64,000 nucleotides of DNA from contig JAWBZG010000001.1 in NCBI GenBank assembly GCA_038866525.1, positions 1,285 to 65,284 of the forward strand. Reading direction: 5' to 3'. Positions 46,883 to 56,267 of the stretch are shown in pieces. The notes beneath the pieces were generated by a model, which saw nothing but the letters and a program-made list of their open reading frames with translations, did no database searches and was not told the DNA's origin. The stretch comes from Candidatus Bathyarchaeia archaeon. GTDB taxonomy: Archaea > Thermoproteota > Bathyarchaeia > Bathyarchaeales > DTEX01. The first letter of the stretch is position 1. Every line of letters begins with the position of its first letter. Made by a program: the position numbers and the translations under genes.

Positions 46883-48130
46883 TCACGGAACTACTTCCCT
46901 ATATATTCTGATGGTATTTTCTGCGACTGTTTTCCACGTAAACATTTCTAGAACCCTCTTTCTGGCATTTATGCCGCACTTCTTCCTTAATTCATCATCC
47001 TCTAAGAGAATCACTACAAATTTAGCTATATCGCTTGGATCGTATGGATTGATATGGAAACCGCATTGATTCGGACCAGATGGAATAACTTGCTCCCTTA
47101 AGCCGCTTACACCTCTAGCGCCGACAACTACGGGCTTACCCATACTCATCGCCTCGGTGCACACTATGCCGAACGGCTCATATTTGGAGGGAAAGACGCA
47201 TACGTCGGCAGCTGCATAAAACTTTATCCTCATATCTTCCGGCAGAAACTCATATTTCAAGATTACCTTATCTTGTAAGTTGAGCCTAGCAACTTCCTCC
47301 TTCAAAAGCTCCTCCTGCTCCCCTACGCCAACTATAACTAGCTTAGCTTTAGGCACCCTGCTCAAAATTTCCGGCATAGCGAGTATTAGAGTATCCGCGC
47401 CTTTAACCCAAGTTAGTCTGCCTATAAATAGTATCATGAATTCATCTTCAGCTATGCCAAGACTACTCCTTATGGAGAGCCTTTCTTCTAAGGGAACATT
47501 CTCAGGCGCGTATTTTTCGGCATCTATTCCATTATAAACTACTCGAATCTTCTTCTCATCGTAGCCTAAGGTTACTAGGTGGTCCCTCATAGCATAACTT
47601 ACAGTTATAATTCTCTCAGCGGAGTCAGCTGCGATGCGCTCTAAGCGCTTAATAGTATCTGAGCCGTCACCCGTCCGCCCCTGCTCCGTGCTGTGTACAT
47701 GAAAAATAAGGGGTTTATTTAATCCTCTGCTAGCCAAAATCCCCCCTATTGAGCCTAACCAGTCGTGTGAGACGATCAAATCAACTTTTCTCCTCTCCAT
47801 TCTAACCAAATCGTTCACTAGCTTACTTGCCGAAAGTATATTATATAGGAAGATGTCGCCGAAGAATTTTTTGCCGCTTTCCGTCCAACGCTGTATTTCC
47901 TCAGGTATAAACATGGGTAGCAGCAGGCTAATATTCATGTTCTCAACTATTGGGCGATGCACTTCAACACCGCTGTATATGTCTCTCGTGGGAGCATCCT
48001 TAGTATGCATTGCGAAAACAGTCACATCATGCCCCATTTTAACGAGCTCTCTCGTCAAGTATTCGGCGTATGTTCCAAGCCCACCAACGATGTATGGTGG
48101 AAACTCGTAAACGAAGAAGACTATCTCCAT
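46883..48130 (-). CDS. Glycosyltransferase (GT4 / glycogen-synthase-like)
   Basis: MEIVFFVYEFPPYIVGGLGTY and YEPFGIVCTEAMSMGKPVV. Confidence 0.85.
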   Translation of the reverse strand: MEIVFFVYEFPPYIVGGLGTYAEYLTRELVKMGHDVTVFAMHTKDAPTRDIYSGVEVHRPIVENMNISLLLPMFIPEEIQRWTESGKKFFGDIFLYNILSASKLVNDLVRMERRKVDLIVSHDWLGSIGGILASRGLNKPLIFHVHSTEQGRTGDGSDTIKRLERIAADSAERIITVSYAMRDHLVTLGYDEKKIRVVYNGIDAEKYAPENVPLEERLSIRSSLGIAEDEFMILFIGRLTWVKGADTLILAMPEILSRVPKAKLVIVGVGEQEELLKEEVARLNLQDKVILKYEFLPEDMRIKFYAAADVCVFPSKYEPFGIVCTEAMSMGKPVVVGARGVSGLREQVIPSGPNQCGFHINPYDPSDIAKFVVILLEDDELRKKCGINARKRVLEMFTWKTVAENTIRIYREVVP

Positions 48131-48205
48131 TCCGAGCTCTCCTAATTACAAAAAGAATTGCCCCACTAAATTTAATGTTTTCCTTAAAATCGGATAGAAA
48201 AGCTT

Positions 48206-48484
48206 ATGGCTTATTCTTTCCTTAAATATTTTAGGGGAATCTGCCGGTTGATAGCTTTCGTATTTATTAGGGTTGAAGTTGATCAAGTCTCCAAAGTTGC
48301 CTCCCAGATAATGAAGGTTGAGGGTGTTGAAGAAGTACATGAGGTTGCCGGGGATATCGATATAATAGTGAAGGTTTCCGCACGTAATATTGATGACTTA
48401 AGTAAGACAATATTTAAGATTAGGGAGATAAACGGGGTTCAGGGCACTGATACGAGAATCGTCTTAGCAAGCTATTCTAGGTGA
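48206..48484 (+). CDS. Stand-alone Lrp/AsnC ligand-binding (RAM) domain protein
   Basis: AFVFIRVEVDQVSKVASQIMKVEGVEEVHEVAGDIDIIVKV...INGVQGTDTRIVL. The true start may be the TTG at 48248. Confidence 0.6.
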   Translation: MAYSFLKYFRGICRLIAFVFIRVEVDQVSKVASQIMKVEGVEEVHEVAGDIDIIVKVSARNIDDLSKTIFKIREINGVQGTDTRIVLASYSR

Positions 48485-48485
48485 T

Positions 48486-48833
48486 GTGCCATTGGTTAAA
48501 AAGCCAATTATGGATCGCGTAAAGGAAATGCAATTGAGCGGTTTCTCCAGAGAAGACCTCGTTAAGACATTATACCTTGAAAAATACCCTATTTTTGAGA
48601 TAACGGAAACTTTGAAAATTTCTTCTAGCGAACTTAGAGAACTCAACGAGAAACTAAAACTATTCCTGTTAAGATGCCCTGTTGGTCATAAGCTTCCTGA
48701 AGATCCTGCCTTGCACGCTAATGATGCGCATTATTGTGTTGAATGCAAAAGATGGTTCGACGAAAAAACGCTGAGGGACGAGATATTTCTCGAGATTAAG
48801 CGACTTGAGGAGAGAGAAAGAAACATTAAGTAG
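48486..48833 (+). CDS. Hypothetical protein with a C-terminal CxxxH...CxxC zinc-binding-like motif
   Basis: 115 aa with CPVGH...CVECKRWF. GTG start one nt after the preceding stop. Confidence 0.4.
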   Translation: MPLVKKPIMDRVKEMQLSGFSREDLVKTLYLEKYPIFEITETLKISSSELRELNEKLKLFLLRCPVGHKLPEDPALHANDAHYCVECKRWFDEKTLRDEIFLEIKRLEERERNIK

Positions 48834-48848
48834 GCTATGAAAACTCGA

Positions 48849-50432
48849 CTATTGTTCAATTTGAGAAATGTTTTTCACATAGTTCTTCTTCAGCTCCCTT
48901 AATCTCTCCTCAAGTAGAGCTAGTAGTGTTTGCCGAAGATCCTCTTTATTCGCCCAGTCTTTTGGCAGATTACCTATCCTTGTAGCCAGCTCCACATCAC
49001 CTATAACGTTAGCAATCCATCTTTCGAAATCCCCTCGCTTCATGTGGAAATCTACTGATTCAATGCCCACTTTTTTGAGAGCTTCATAGAACTCTTGAAG
49101 GCTGCCAGCAGTTATACCCGTGGGGGAGGCAAACATATAGAAGAATTTAAACTCCCTGTCCGCCGGCACACGTTTTAACAGCTGTAAATGCTTGAATTCT
49201 GGTTTACAAATCTCAGCCTTGCATCTAGCTTCGAAATCGAGCAGCACGCCTATATAGGCTATGAAGGCTTCAATTGGGTTTCCGTAGGGGTTAAATGAGT
49301 CGTGAACTATGCCGGATTCGCCGCCCCCGGTATACATGTAGTAGAAGTGATCGCTTATCTGGAGGTAGCGCCATATCTTCAGTAAATCTCTGTTATTTAA
49401 TCCCTTAACTAGTAGGCCGATTTCATTGAGCAGATTAAATGATATGCGCTGTTGCGGGTTACTTAACCAAGCGCTAGTGTCACGTTCAGCATCAGCCCAT
49501 GAAACAGTCCTCTCTACTGGGACATCTATAACGCCACATGGAGCATATTTTTTGATGACTTCAGAGGGGGTTGCCCAACGTAGATTCTCCCACTTGCAAA
49601 CTTCTATTGGAAGCCATCTTAAGAATTCAAGTATGCCGCTCTCAGCCCAATAATGCTCGCCAAAAGTTTCATAGTCCAAAAATAAAACTAAGACTTGACC
49701 AGGCGTATGCGCCAGCCAAGACGCATATTTATCTGCGGTAAGAGGCCACTGATCCCACTGGGTTGAAGCGAAGCGAAAACCTATGTCATCTGAAAGCTTA
49801 TAGTGGCGCAGCAAGACTTTGATGGGCGAGTTCTTAGCCCTGTAAATGAAGTTCGGCGACCTCCAGCCGAGTATTCTGTCAGCGCCCTCCGTTACAATAG
49901 CCTTAAACCCGAGGCTCCCAACTTTCTCCGCAATCTCGTTATTATATATGCATTCAGTGTTCTCAAAGGTTTCCGGCATATAGCCAAAGAGCTCTTTTAT
50001 TGTCTCGCGGTGCATCTCAATCTGCTCTAAGAATTCTGAGCGATCAATAGGGTTTAGGCTGGAGAGAGAATGATAATATGTCTGACAAAGAAGTTCGACG
50101 CATCCCGTTTTAACCATCTGCTTAAAAATGTCGAGAAGATCAGGACTCCACATCTCACATTGTTCGAGGAAAACACCGGATAAACTAAATGAAACCTTAA
50201 ATTTGTTTCGATCCATTTTAAACCTATCTATTTGCTCCAATATTATTTTGCTCGCTGGAAGATAACACTTTTCACAAACTCTCAGGAAGATATCTCTGTT
50301 AACTTTCTCATCAAAATATATCTTGTAAAGATCTTTTATGTCAATATTACCTCTGGCTAAAATCTCCATCTTAAAATTTCGATTCAATCTTAAAGGTTGA
50401 TGAACTTCGAATATGAGACATATATCGACCAT
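48849..50432 (-). CDS. Glycoside hydrolase family 57 alpha-glucan enzyme with a C-terminal accessory domain
   Basis: ICLIFEVHQPLRLN and LDYETFGEHYW are GH57 hallmarks. The C-terminal roughly 110 aa repeats the domain of the 42015..42623 regulator. The Met at 50432 is preferred; the longest ORF extends to 50483. Confidence 0.85.
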   Translation of the reverse strand: MVDICLIFEVHQPLRLNRNFKMEILARGNIDIKDLYKIYFDEKVNRDIFLRVCEKCYLPASKIILEQIDRFKMDRNKFKVSFSLSGVFLEQCEMWSPDLLDIFKQMVKTGCVELLCQTYYHSLSSLNPIDRSEFLEQIEMHRETIKELFGYMPETFENTECIYNNEIAEKVGSLGFKAIVTEGADRILGWRSPNFIYRAKNSPIKVLLRHYKLSDDIGFRFASTQWDQWPLTADKYASWLAHTPGQVLVLFLDYETFGEHYWAESGILEFLRWLPIEVCKWENLRWATPSEVIKKYAPCGVIDVPVERTVSWADAERDTSAWLSNPQQRISFNLLNEIGLLVKGLNNRDLLKIWRYLQISDHFYYMYTGGGESGIVHDSFNPYGNPIEAFIAYIGVLLDFEARCKAEICKPEFKHLQLLKRVPADREFKFFYMFASPTGITAGSLQEFYEALKKVGIESVDFHMKRGDFERWIANVIGDVELATRIGNLPKDWANKEDLRQTLLALLEERLRELKKNYVKNISQIEQ

Positions 50433-50560
50433 TCTTACCACGCAAGGTCTGCTGATTGCAATTCGTAGCTTATCATCTTTCAAAGGGCTAAATATTTATT
50501 TTACCTGTAGAAGTCTTTAGATGCGCTTAAAGCGATGGGCAATTTTATGGGGGGCGATTT

Positions 50561-51658
50561 ATGAGGTGTGAGGCTGGAAGTGAGACCCTTTCGGACAATG
50601 AGATTGAGCTTTATTCACGGCAGATAGCATTATCGGAGATAGGTTACGAGGGGCAGCTTAAGCTTAAAAAGTCGAGCGTTTGTATTGCTGGATTAGGTGG
50701 CTTAGGTTCCCCTGCAGCCCTGCAGTTAGCGGCGATGGGTGTTGGACGCATACGTCTAGTCGACCAAGATTTCGTTGAGCTCTCTAATCTACATAGGCAG
50801 CTCCTCTACGGCGCAAAATATGTTGGTTACCCTAAAGTTGAGGTTGCCGCTAAGAGACTTAGGGAGCTCAACCCTAACATAGAGGTTGAGCCACTGCCAG
50901 CATCAATTAACGCTGATAATGCGGAGAGAATAGTCAGCGGTATGGATGTTATCGTTGACGGTCTTGACCATATGACTCCGAGATACGCGATAAATAGGGC
51001 ATGCCAGAAGCTCCGCGTTCCATATGTTTTCGCAGCAGCTATAATGACGTTTGGCAATGTCTCAACGATAATACCGGGTGAAACACCATGCCTAGAGTGC
51101 TTTCAGGGTAACATTAATGATGAGATTCTGCCGACATGCGCCACTGTAGGCGTTCACACATCTTTGCTTAGTGTTATTGCTGGCATAGAGACCTCGGAGG
51201 CTATTCGAATAATTCTTGGTAAAAAGCCTCGCTTAGCTGGCAAACTATTGCACTGTGATATCGGAGACTTAACATTTGAGGAAATAGATGTTGCGAAAGC
51301 TGAGGGGTGCCCAGTATGCGGCTCTAAGCCATCCGGTCCACCAATGCCCTTGGTAAGAAAGCTGGTTACTGAAGCCCACAGCAGATTTGGGAGAAAGGTC
51401 TTTAGGATAACTCCCAAAGAGGAGCTCGACATCGATCTGGATAGATTAACCTCTATTATTGAGCGCAGTGGATTAAAAGTTAAGGTCAAAGCTAACATGG
51501 GGGTAACGTTTGAGAATGAGTTTGGCGGCATAACAAGCGTATTGAAGAGTGGCATAGCGATAATTGAGGGGGCTGAGAACGGAGCTGAGGCTTACAGTTC
51601 ATTCTTGAGGTTAATGGTTGATGGTTTAGGCATACCGTCGTCAAGGATCGAGTTCTAG
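50561..51658 (+). CDS. E1-like ubiquitin-like-protein activating enzyme (ThiF/MoeB/UbaA family) with a C-terminal extension
   Basis: YSRQI, GLGGLGSPAALQLAAMGVGRIRLVDQDFVELSNLHRQ, zinc motifs CLEC and CPVC, and the active-site region PTCATVGV. About 110 aa follow the second CxxC. Confidence 0.85.
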   Translation: MRCEAGSETLSDNEIELYSRQIALSEIGYEGQLKLKKSSVCIAGLGGLGSPAALQLAAMGVGRIRLVDQDFVELSNLHRQLLYGAKYVGYPKVEVAAKRLRELNPNIEVEPLPASINADNAERIVSGMDVIVDGLDHMTPRYAINRACQKLRVPYVFAAAIMTFGNVSTIIPGETPCLECFQGNINDEILPTCATVGVHTSLLSVIAGIETSEAIRIILGKKPRLAGKLLHCDIGDLTFEEIDVAKAEGCPVCGSKPSGPPMPLVRKLVTEAHSRFGRKVFRITPKEELDIDLDRLTSIIERSGLKVKVKANMGVTFENEFGGITSVLKSGIAIIEGAENGAEAYSSFLRLMVDGLGIPSSRIEF

Positions 51659-51676
51659 GAGGAAAAGAGCGGAAAT

Positions 51677-52081
51677 ATGATCGTTAAATTAGACAGAAGA
51701 AATTTTGAATATTTCCTTAGGGAAGCTGAGGGGAAGCATCCAATTGAGGCATGTGGAGTCATCTTCGGCTCTATAAACGGGGAGAAGGCACATATAGAAA
51801 AAATCGTGCCGCTTAGGAACATGCTTGAATCCGAAACAATGTTCCAAATCGACCCTGAAGAGTTTCTTAAGGTATTAATGGAACATGAGGGAAAGGGTTT
51901 ACAGCATATAGGATTCTTCCATTCACACCCGAGAGGCGTAAACCCATCCTTAACAGATATTAAGTACATGAGCTTATGGCCTGAAAGCATATGGATAATA
52001 GTTTCGCAGCTAGAGCTTAAGATTGCAGCTTACCGCATCACCGACGGGCGCCTTGAGGAGGTTGACGTTATCGTAGAGTAG
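51677..52081 (+). CDS. JAMM/MPN+ metalloprotease
   Basis: EACGVIFG and FFHSHPRGVNPSLTD. Located 18 nt downstream of the E1-like gene. Confidence 0.8.
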   Translation: MIVKLDRRNFEYFLREAEGKHPIEACGVIFGSINGEKAHIEKIVPLRNMLESETMFQIDPEEFLKVLMEHEGKGLQHIGFFHSHPRGVNPSLTDIKYMSLWPESIWIIVSQLELKIAAYRITDGRLEEVDVIVE

Positions 52082-52196
52082 GCGCTTTACCTACCCACTT
52101 TTTCATCTAATATATATTCATCCTGAATGCTTAAGAGATTCGTTTGGGAAAGAGATAAAAGTCTAACCCGTTATAGTAAGGGTATTGTTGGGCATT

Positions 52197-53333
52197 ATGG
52201 GAAAACTTGTTGTCGTTAAGGTTGGAACAAGTAGCGTAACTAAGGGTGATGGAAGTTTAGACCTTGACGCGATGAGAATGCTCACAGATCAGATAGCTGA
52301 AGCCATTAGAAGGGGCTATCAGATAATTCTCGTGACCTCCGGGGCTATAGGTTCTGGAATCGCTGAGCTTGGAATAAAGCCTAATCCAAACGATATAGTT
52401 TTTAAGCAGGCTTGCGCTGCGGTTGGTCAAGCGATTCTAATGGAGCATTACCGCCAGCTCTTCAGGCGCCATGGACTGAAAGTAGCGCAGGTCCTCTTGA
52501 CTAAGGAGGATTTGGCAAATAGGGTTTCATACGTGCATACATGCAATGTTCTTGATAAGCTGCTTAGCTTAGGAGTTGTCCCCATAATAAACGAGAACGA
52601 TGTCACATCGGTTGATGAGATAATGCCGGTCATGAAGGGCTATAAAGTTAACTTCAGCGACAATGATATACTCTCGGTTCTGATAGCTAACGCTGTCCAA
52701 GCCGATATCATCGTCATATTATCTAACGTTGATGGACTCTATGATGGGAACCCCTCAAGGAAGAGGGATGTGCGGATAATACCGGTGGTTGAGAGGATAA
52801 CTCCGGAGCTTAAGGAGACTGCTGAAGGTAAGAGCGCTCTTGGTAGAGGCGGGATGAAGACTAAGCTTGAGGCTGCTGAAATAGCGATGAAGAGCGGCAT
52901 ACCGCTGGTGATAGCGAACAGTAGAAGGAAGAATGTGCTGATAGATATATTGGAAGGGAAGCAGGTTGGAACATACTTTAAGCCACTAGGTGAGAAAATG
53001 CCAAGCATAAAAAGGTGGATAGCTTACGGCGCAGGGGCAAGGGGGCAGATCAAGGTTAATGAGGGAGCTAAACAAGCTATACTTAGAGGCGCAAGCCTAC
53101 TGGCTGTCGGAATAGAGGAGGTCTCAGGGCAATTTAAAATAGGCGACGTTGTCAGCATAGTTGGTCCAGACGAAAAAGAGTTCGCGCGTGGCATAACAAA
53201 TTATTCTAGCGATGAAATAAACCTGATTAAAGGCTTAAAAACCTCGCAGATAAAAAGGGTTTTAGGTTACATTAGGCGTAAAGAGATTATTGTTAGGAAA
53301 CTCATGTATGTGTTTGATGAGGTGAATAGCTAA
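52197..53333 (+). CDS. proB: Glutamate 5-kinase (with PUA domain)
   Basis: MGKLVVVKVGTSS, TSGAIGSG, NENDV and the C-terminal PUA segment. The ATG at 52197 is preferred over the TTG at 52185. Confidence 0.9.
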   Translation: MGKLVVVKVGTSSVTKGDGSLDLDAMRMLTDQIAEAIRRGYQIILVTSGAIGSGIAELGIKPNPNDIVFKQACAAVGQAILMEHYRQLFRRHGLKVAQVLLTKEDLANRVSYVHTCNVLDKLLSLGVVPIINENDVTSVDEIMPVMKGYKVNFSDNDILSVLIANAVQADIIVILSNVDGLYDGNPSRKRDVRIIPVVERITPELKETAEGKSALGRGGMKTKLEAAEIAMKSGIPLVIANSRRKNVLIDILEGKQVGTYFKPLGEKMPSIKRWIAYGAGARGQIKVNEGAKQAILRGASLLAVGIEEVSGQFKIGDVVSIVGPDEKEFARGITNYSSDEINLIKGLKTSQIKRVLGYIRRKEIIVRKLMYVFDEVNS

Positions 53334-53334
53334 A

Positions 53335-54597
53335 ATGAGCGAAAAAATTGAGGATCTGATTTTAAATATATGCAAGAAGGCCAAGGAAGCATCATATATT
53401 CTTGCCAGGCTACCAACGGATGTGAAAAATAGAGCCTTATATAATATGGCTGACGCCCTAGAGAATCATGCCGATGAAATTCTCGAAGCCAATAAAATTG
53501 ATGTCGAAGCGTCTAAGGCTAAAGGTGTTAAAGAATCGTTACTTGACAGGTTAATCTTGAATAAGTCGAGGATTTCGAAGATGGCGCAGTGCTTAAGGGA
53601 GGTCGCCGATCTTCCGGATCCGGTTGGTGAAATAGTTAAAACCTGGGTTAGACCAAACGGGTTGATAATTGGTCAAATAAGGGTTCCGTTGGGCGTTGTC
53701 GCCGTGATCTATGAGTCGCGTCCCGACGTCACTTCGGATGCGGCTGGCATATGTCTGAAATCTGGCAACGCCGTCATATTGAGGGGTGGGTCTGACGCCA
53801 TAAATTCTAACATCGCTATTGGGAAGGTTTTAAGCGAGGCTGCTGTGAAATCCGGAATACCTGAGGGCGCTATAGAGGTTGTTCCAACAACGGATAGAAG
53901 GGCAGCCTTAGAGCTTATGAAGATGAGAGATTACGTTGACGCGCTTATACCGAGGGGTGGAGCCGACCTTATTAAAGCAGTCGTAGAGAACGCTAAGGTT
54001 CCAGTCATAGAGACTGGAACGGGCAACTGTCACATATATGTTGAAAGCGACGCGGATCAGGATATGGCTATAAAGATAGTGATAAATGCTAAGTGCCAAA
54101 GACCTGGAACATGCAACGCTGCCGAAAAGCTGCTGGTTCATAAAGATATTGCGCCGACGTTTCTTCCAAGGGTTATAGATGCCTTAAGGGCTCACAGAGT
54201 TGAGGTTAGAGGATGTGAGGAGACTAGAAGGATTGTGCCAGATGTTAAGCCAGCAACAGAGGAAGACTGGTACACAGAGTACTTAGATTTGATAATCGGC
54301 GTGAAAGTCGTCAGCGGGATAGATGAGGCTATAGCGCATATAAACAAGTATGGAACTAAGCATTCGGACGCCATAATAACTTCGGACTTCAATAAGGCGC
54401 TATATTTCATTAAAAACGTTGATTCAGCAGCCGTTTACTGGAATGCTTCAACACGATTCACTGATGGAAACCAGTATGGGCTTGGGGCTGAGATAGGCAT
54501 AAGTACTCAGAAGCTGCATGCCCGTGGACCGATGAGCGTGCAGCATTTAACAACAATTAAGTATTTTGTTCTTGGACGCGGACACGTAAGAGAGTGA
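53335..54597 (+). CDS. proA: Gamma-glutamyl phosphate reductase
   Basis: VIYESRPDVT, ILRGGS, NAKCQRPGTCNAAEKLLVH and GAEIGIST. The start lies 1 nt after the proB stop. Confidence 0.9.
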   Translation: MSEKIEDLILNICKKAKEASYILARLPTDVKNRALYNMADALENHADEILEANKIDVEASKAKGVKESLLDRLILNKSRISKMAQCLREVADLPDPVGEIVKTWVRPNGLIIGQIRVPLGVVAVIYESRPDVTSDAAGICLKSGNAVILRGGSDAINSNIAIGKVLSEAAVKSGIPEGAIEVVPTTDRRAALELMKMRDYVDALIPRGGADLIKAVVENAKVPVIETGTGNCHIYVESDADQDMAIKIVINAKCQRPGTCNAAEKLLVHKDIAPTFLPRVIDALRAHRVEVRGCEETRRIVPDVKPATEEDWYTEYLDLIIGVKVVSGIDEAIAHINKYGTKHSDAIITSDFNKALYFIKNVDSAAVYWNASTRFTDGNQYGLGAEIGISTQKLHARGPMSVQHLTTIKYFVLGRGHVRE

Positions 54598-54628
54598 ATC
54601 GGGGCTAGCAGCATAAATCTATTGGACT

Positions 54629-55675
54629 TCAACGTTTAATGTCCCTATATATCTGGGAGCAGCAGGTCTGGAGGAACCTTATCTCTAAACCTAGGGATTC
54701 TGCCCTCTCAATCGCTTCGACGCTTGGAAAAGCTATGGCATTAATACCAGACTCAACAGCTAAAACATCAGTTATGGATCTATGAGCACCCTTAGGTCTA
54801 GCGCACCCAAGTACTATTGGCACATTAGGCATTAGGAAACGCGCCCTTAAAATGATCTCTATAACCGCTTCTGGCGGCGGTGGACTAACGGACTCCATCC
54901 TTGTGCCTCTGATCGGGAAGAATACTATGATGATTAAGGCTGACGGTTCATATTTTGAGACCATCTCTATGGCTTTAAGCTCCCCCCTAACTTCACCATA
55001 GTGTAATCCGACGAGAACATGCGGAGTGAATGGTACTCCGGACCGCTTTAAAGCCTCAAGGGCTTCAGCGTACTTATCAAGCGATACATTGAGGTGATAT
55101 ACTTCTCTAACAGTCTCCTCAGAGCCCACTATGTCAATTGATACTGCGTCTACGCCAGCTTCCTTAAGCCTTTGGGCGGTCTCGAAGCTTATCAGTCCAG
55201 TATGCATTACGATTGTTAATCCCAGTCTCCTCTTAACCTCGGATATTGCGCCTATAAACCTCTCTACTGGTACGGAGCCGTCCGGTAAGCAACCTCCACT
55301 TATTAGGCAGCCGATAGCACCATTCCTCTTAAGATCAGAGCAAACCTCAATCAGCCTGCTAGGTGTTGTGGCTGGTATCATAGTTCTAAGGATTTTTCCA
55401 CCGCAATGATCGCAGTTTAGGGAGCAGAACGAGCCTGTAATGGATATTGACGGGAAAACCGTTAGAGAAGACCTAAAATACCTATTATTGTAGTATGTGA
55501 ACCCCGGCACATAAAAATATATTCTTTTCCCAAAAATCCGCCAGCTAGCCTCCCTCGCTTCATAAAGCGAAAACCTCTTCCGAAAATCACTCAACTCTTC
55601 CCCGGGGAATGATTTGTTTAACGATGATTCCGGTCCGCTCATATTAAAGTCATCCCTAAGGCATGAAGTGAACAT
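54629..55675 (-). CDS. Radical SAM protein, biotin-synthase-related (candidate archaeal lipoyl synthase component)
   Basis: FPSISITGSFCSLNCDHCGG (CxxxCxxC) and GCLISGG, with a TIM-barrel-like periodicity. Confidence 0.7.
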   Translation of the reverse strand: MFTSCLRDDFNMSGPESSLNKSFPGEELSDFRKRFSLYEAREASWRIFGKRIYFYVPGFTYYNNRYFRSSLTVFPSISITGSFCSLNCDHCGGKILRTMIPATTPSRLIEVCSDLKRNGAIGCLISGGCLPDGSVPVERFIGAISEVKRRLGLTIVMHTGLISFETAQRLKEAGVDAVSIDIVGSEETVREVYHLNVSLDKYAEALEALKRSGVPFTPHVLVGLHYGEVRGELKAIEMVSKYEPSALIIIVFFPIRGTRMESVSPPPPEAVIEIILRARFLMPNVPIVLGCARPKGAHRSITDVLAVESGINAIAFPSVEAIERAESLGLEIRFLQTCCSQIYRDIKR

Positions 55676-55716
55676 ATCCTTAAAAGAATTATATAAGGTC
55701 TATTGAAAAATTTTAA

Positions 55717-56256
55717 GTGGATGATGAGATAATGATTGAGAGCTACTGTGAGAAAGCCTACAACTTAGCGTTTAAATATGAGGCTGAGTTTGGAAGCTGC
55801 CCGCAAGCGGTCTTAAGGGCGATACGTGATACCTTTAATATTAAGGGGATGGAGCCGGTGATTAAATCGGCACATGCTTTAGCTGGAGGCTTAGGGTTGA
55901 GCGGTAATGGTACATGCGGCGCCCTCTCCGGCGGGGTTATGGCGCTCTGCTTCTTTTATGGGAGGAGCCTAGAGGATATGGGTAGAGGCAGGTTTCTGAA
56001 GTCTTATGTTAAAGCAAAGGAACTATACGATAGGTTTGTGAACAACTTTGGGAGCTGTATATGTAGAGATGTCCAAGCTAAAATATTTGGAAGATCATTT
56101 AATCTTTGGGACCCGGAAGATTATAAGAAGTTTGAGGAGATGGGTGGACATAGGGATAAATGCACAGATGTTTCCGGTAAAGTGGCTAAATGGGTTGCTG
56201 AAATATTGTTGTCGGATGAGAATGTGAAAAAGCAACTAGGTTTCCTTGACAAGTAG
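55717..56256 (+). CDS. C_GCAxxG_C_C family redox-active protein
   Basis: CPQAVLRAI and GTCGALSGGVMALC, plus additional Cys residues (CICRD, KCTD). Confidence 0.75.
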   Translation: MDDEIMIESYCEKAYNLAFKYEAEFGSCPQAVLRAIRDTFNIKGMEPVIKSAHALAGGLGLSGNGTCGALSGGVMALCFFYGRSLEDMGRGRFLKSYVKAKELYDRFVNNFGSCICRDVQAKIFGRSFNLWDPEDYKKFEEMGGHRDKCTDVSGKVAKWVAEILLSDENVKKQLGFLDK

Positions 56257-56267
56257 GGTAGGTTCGT

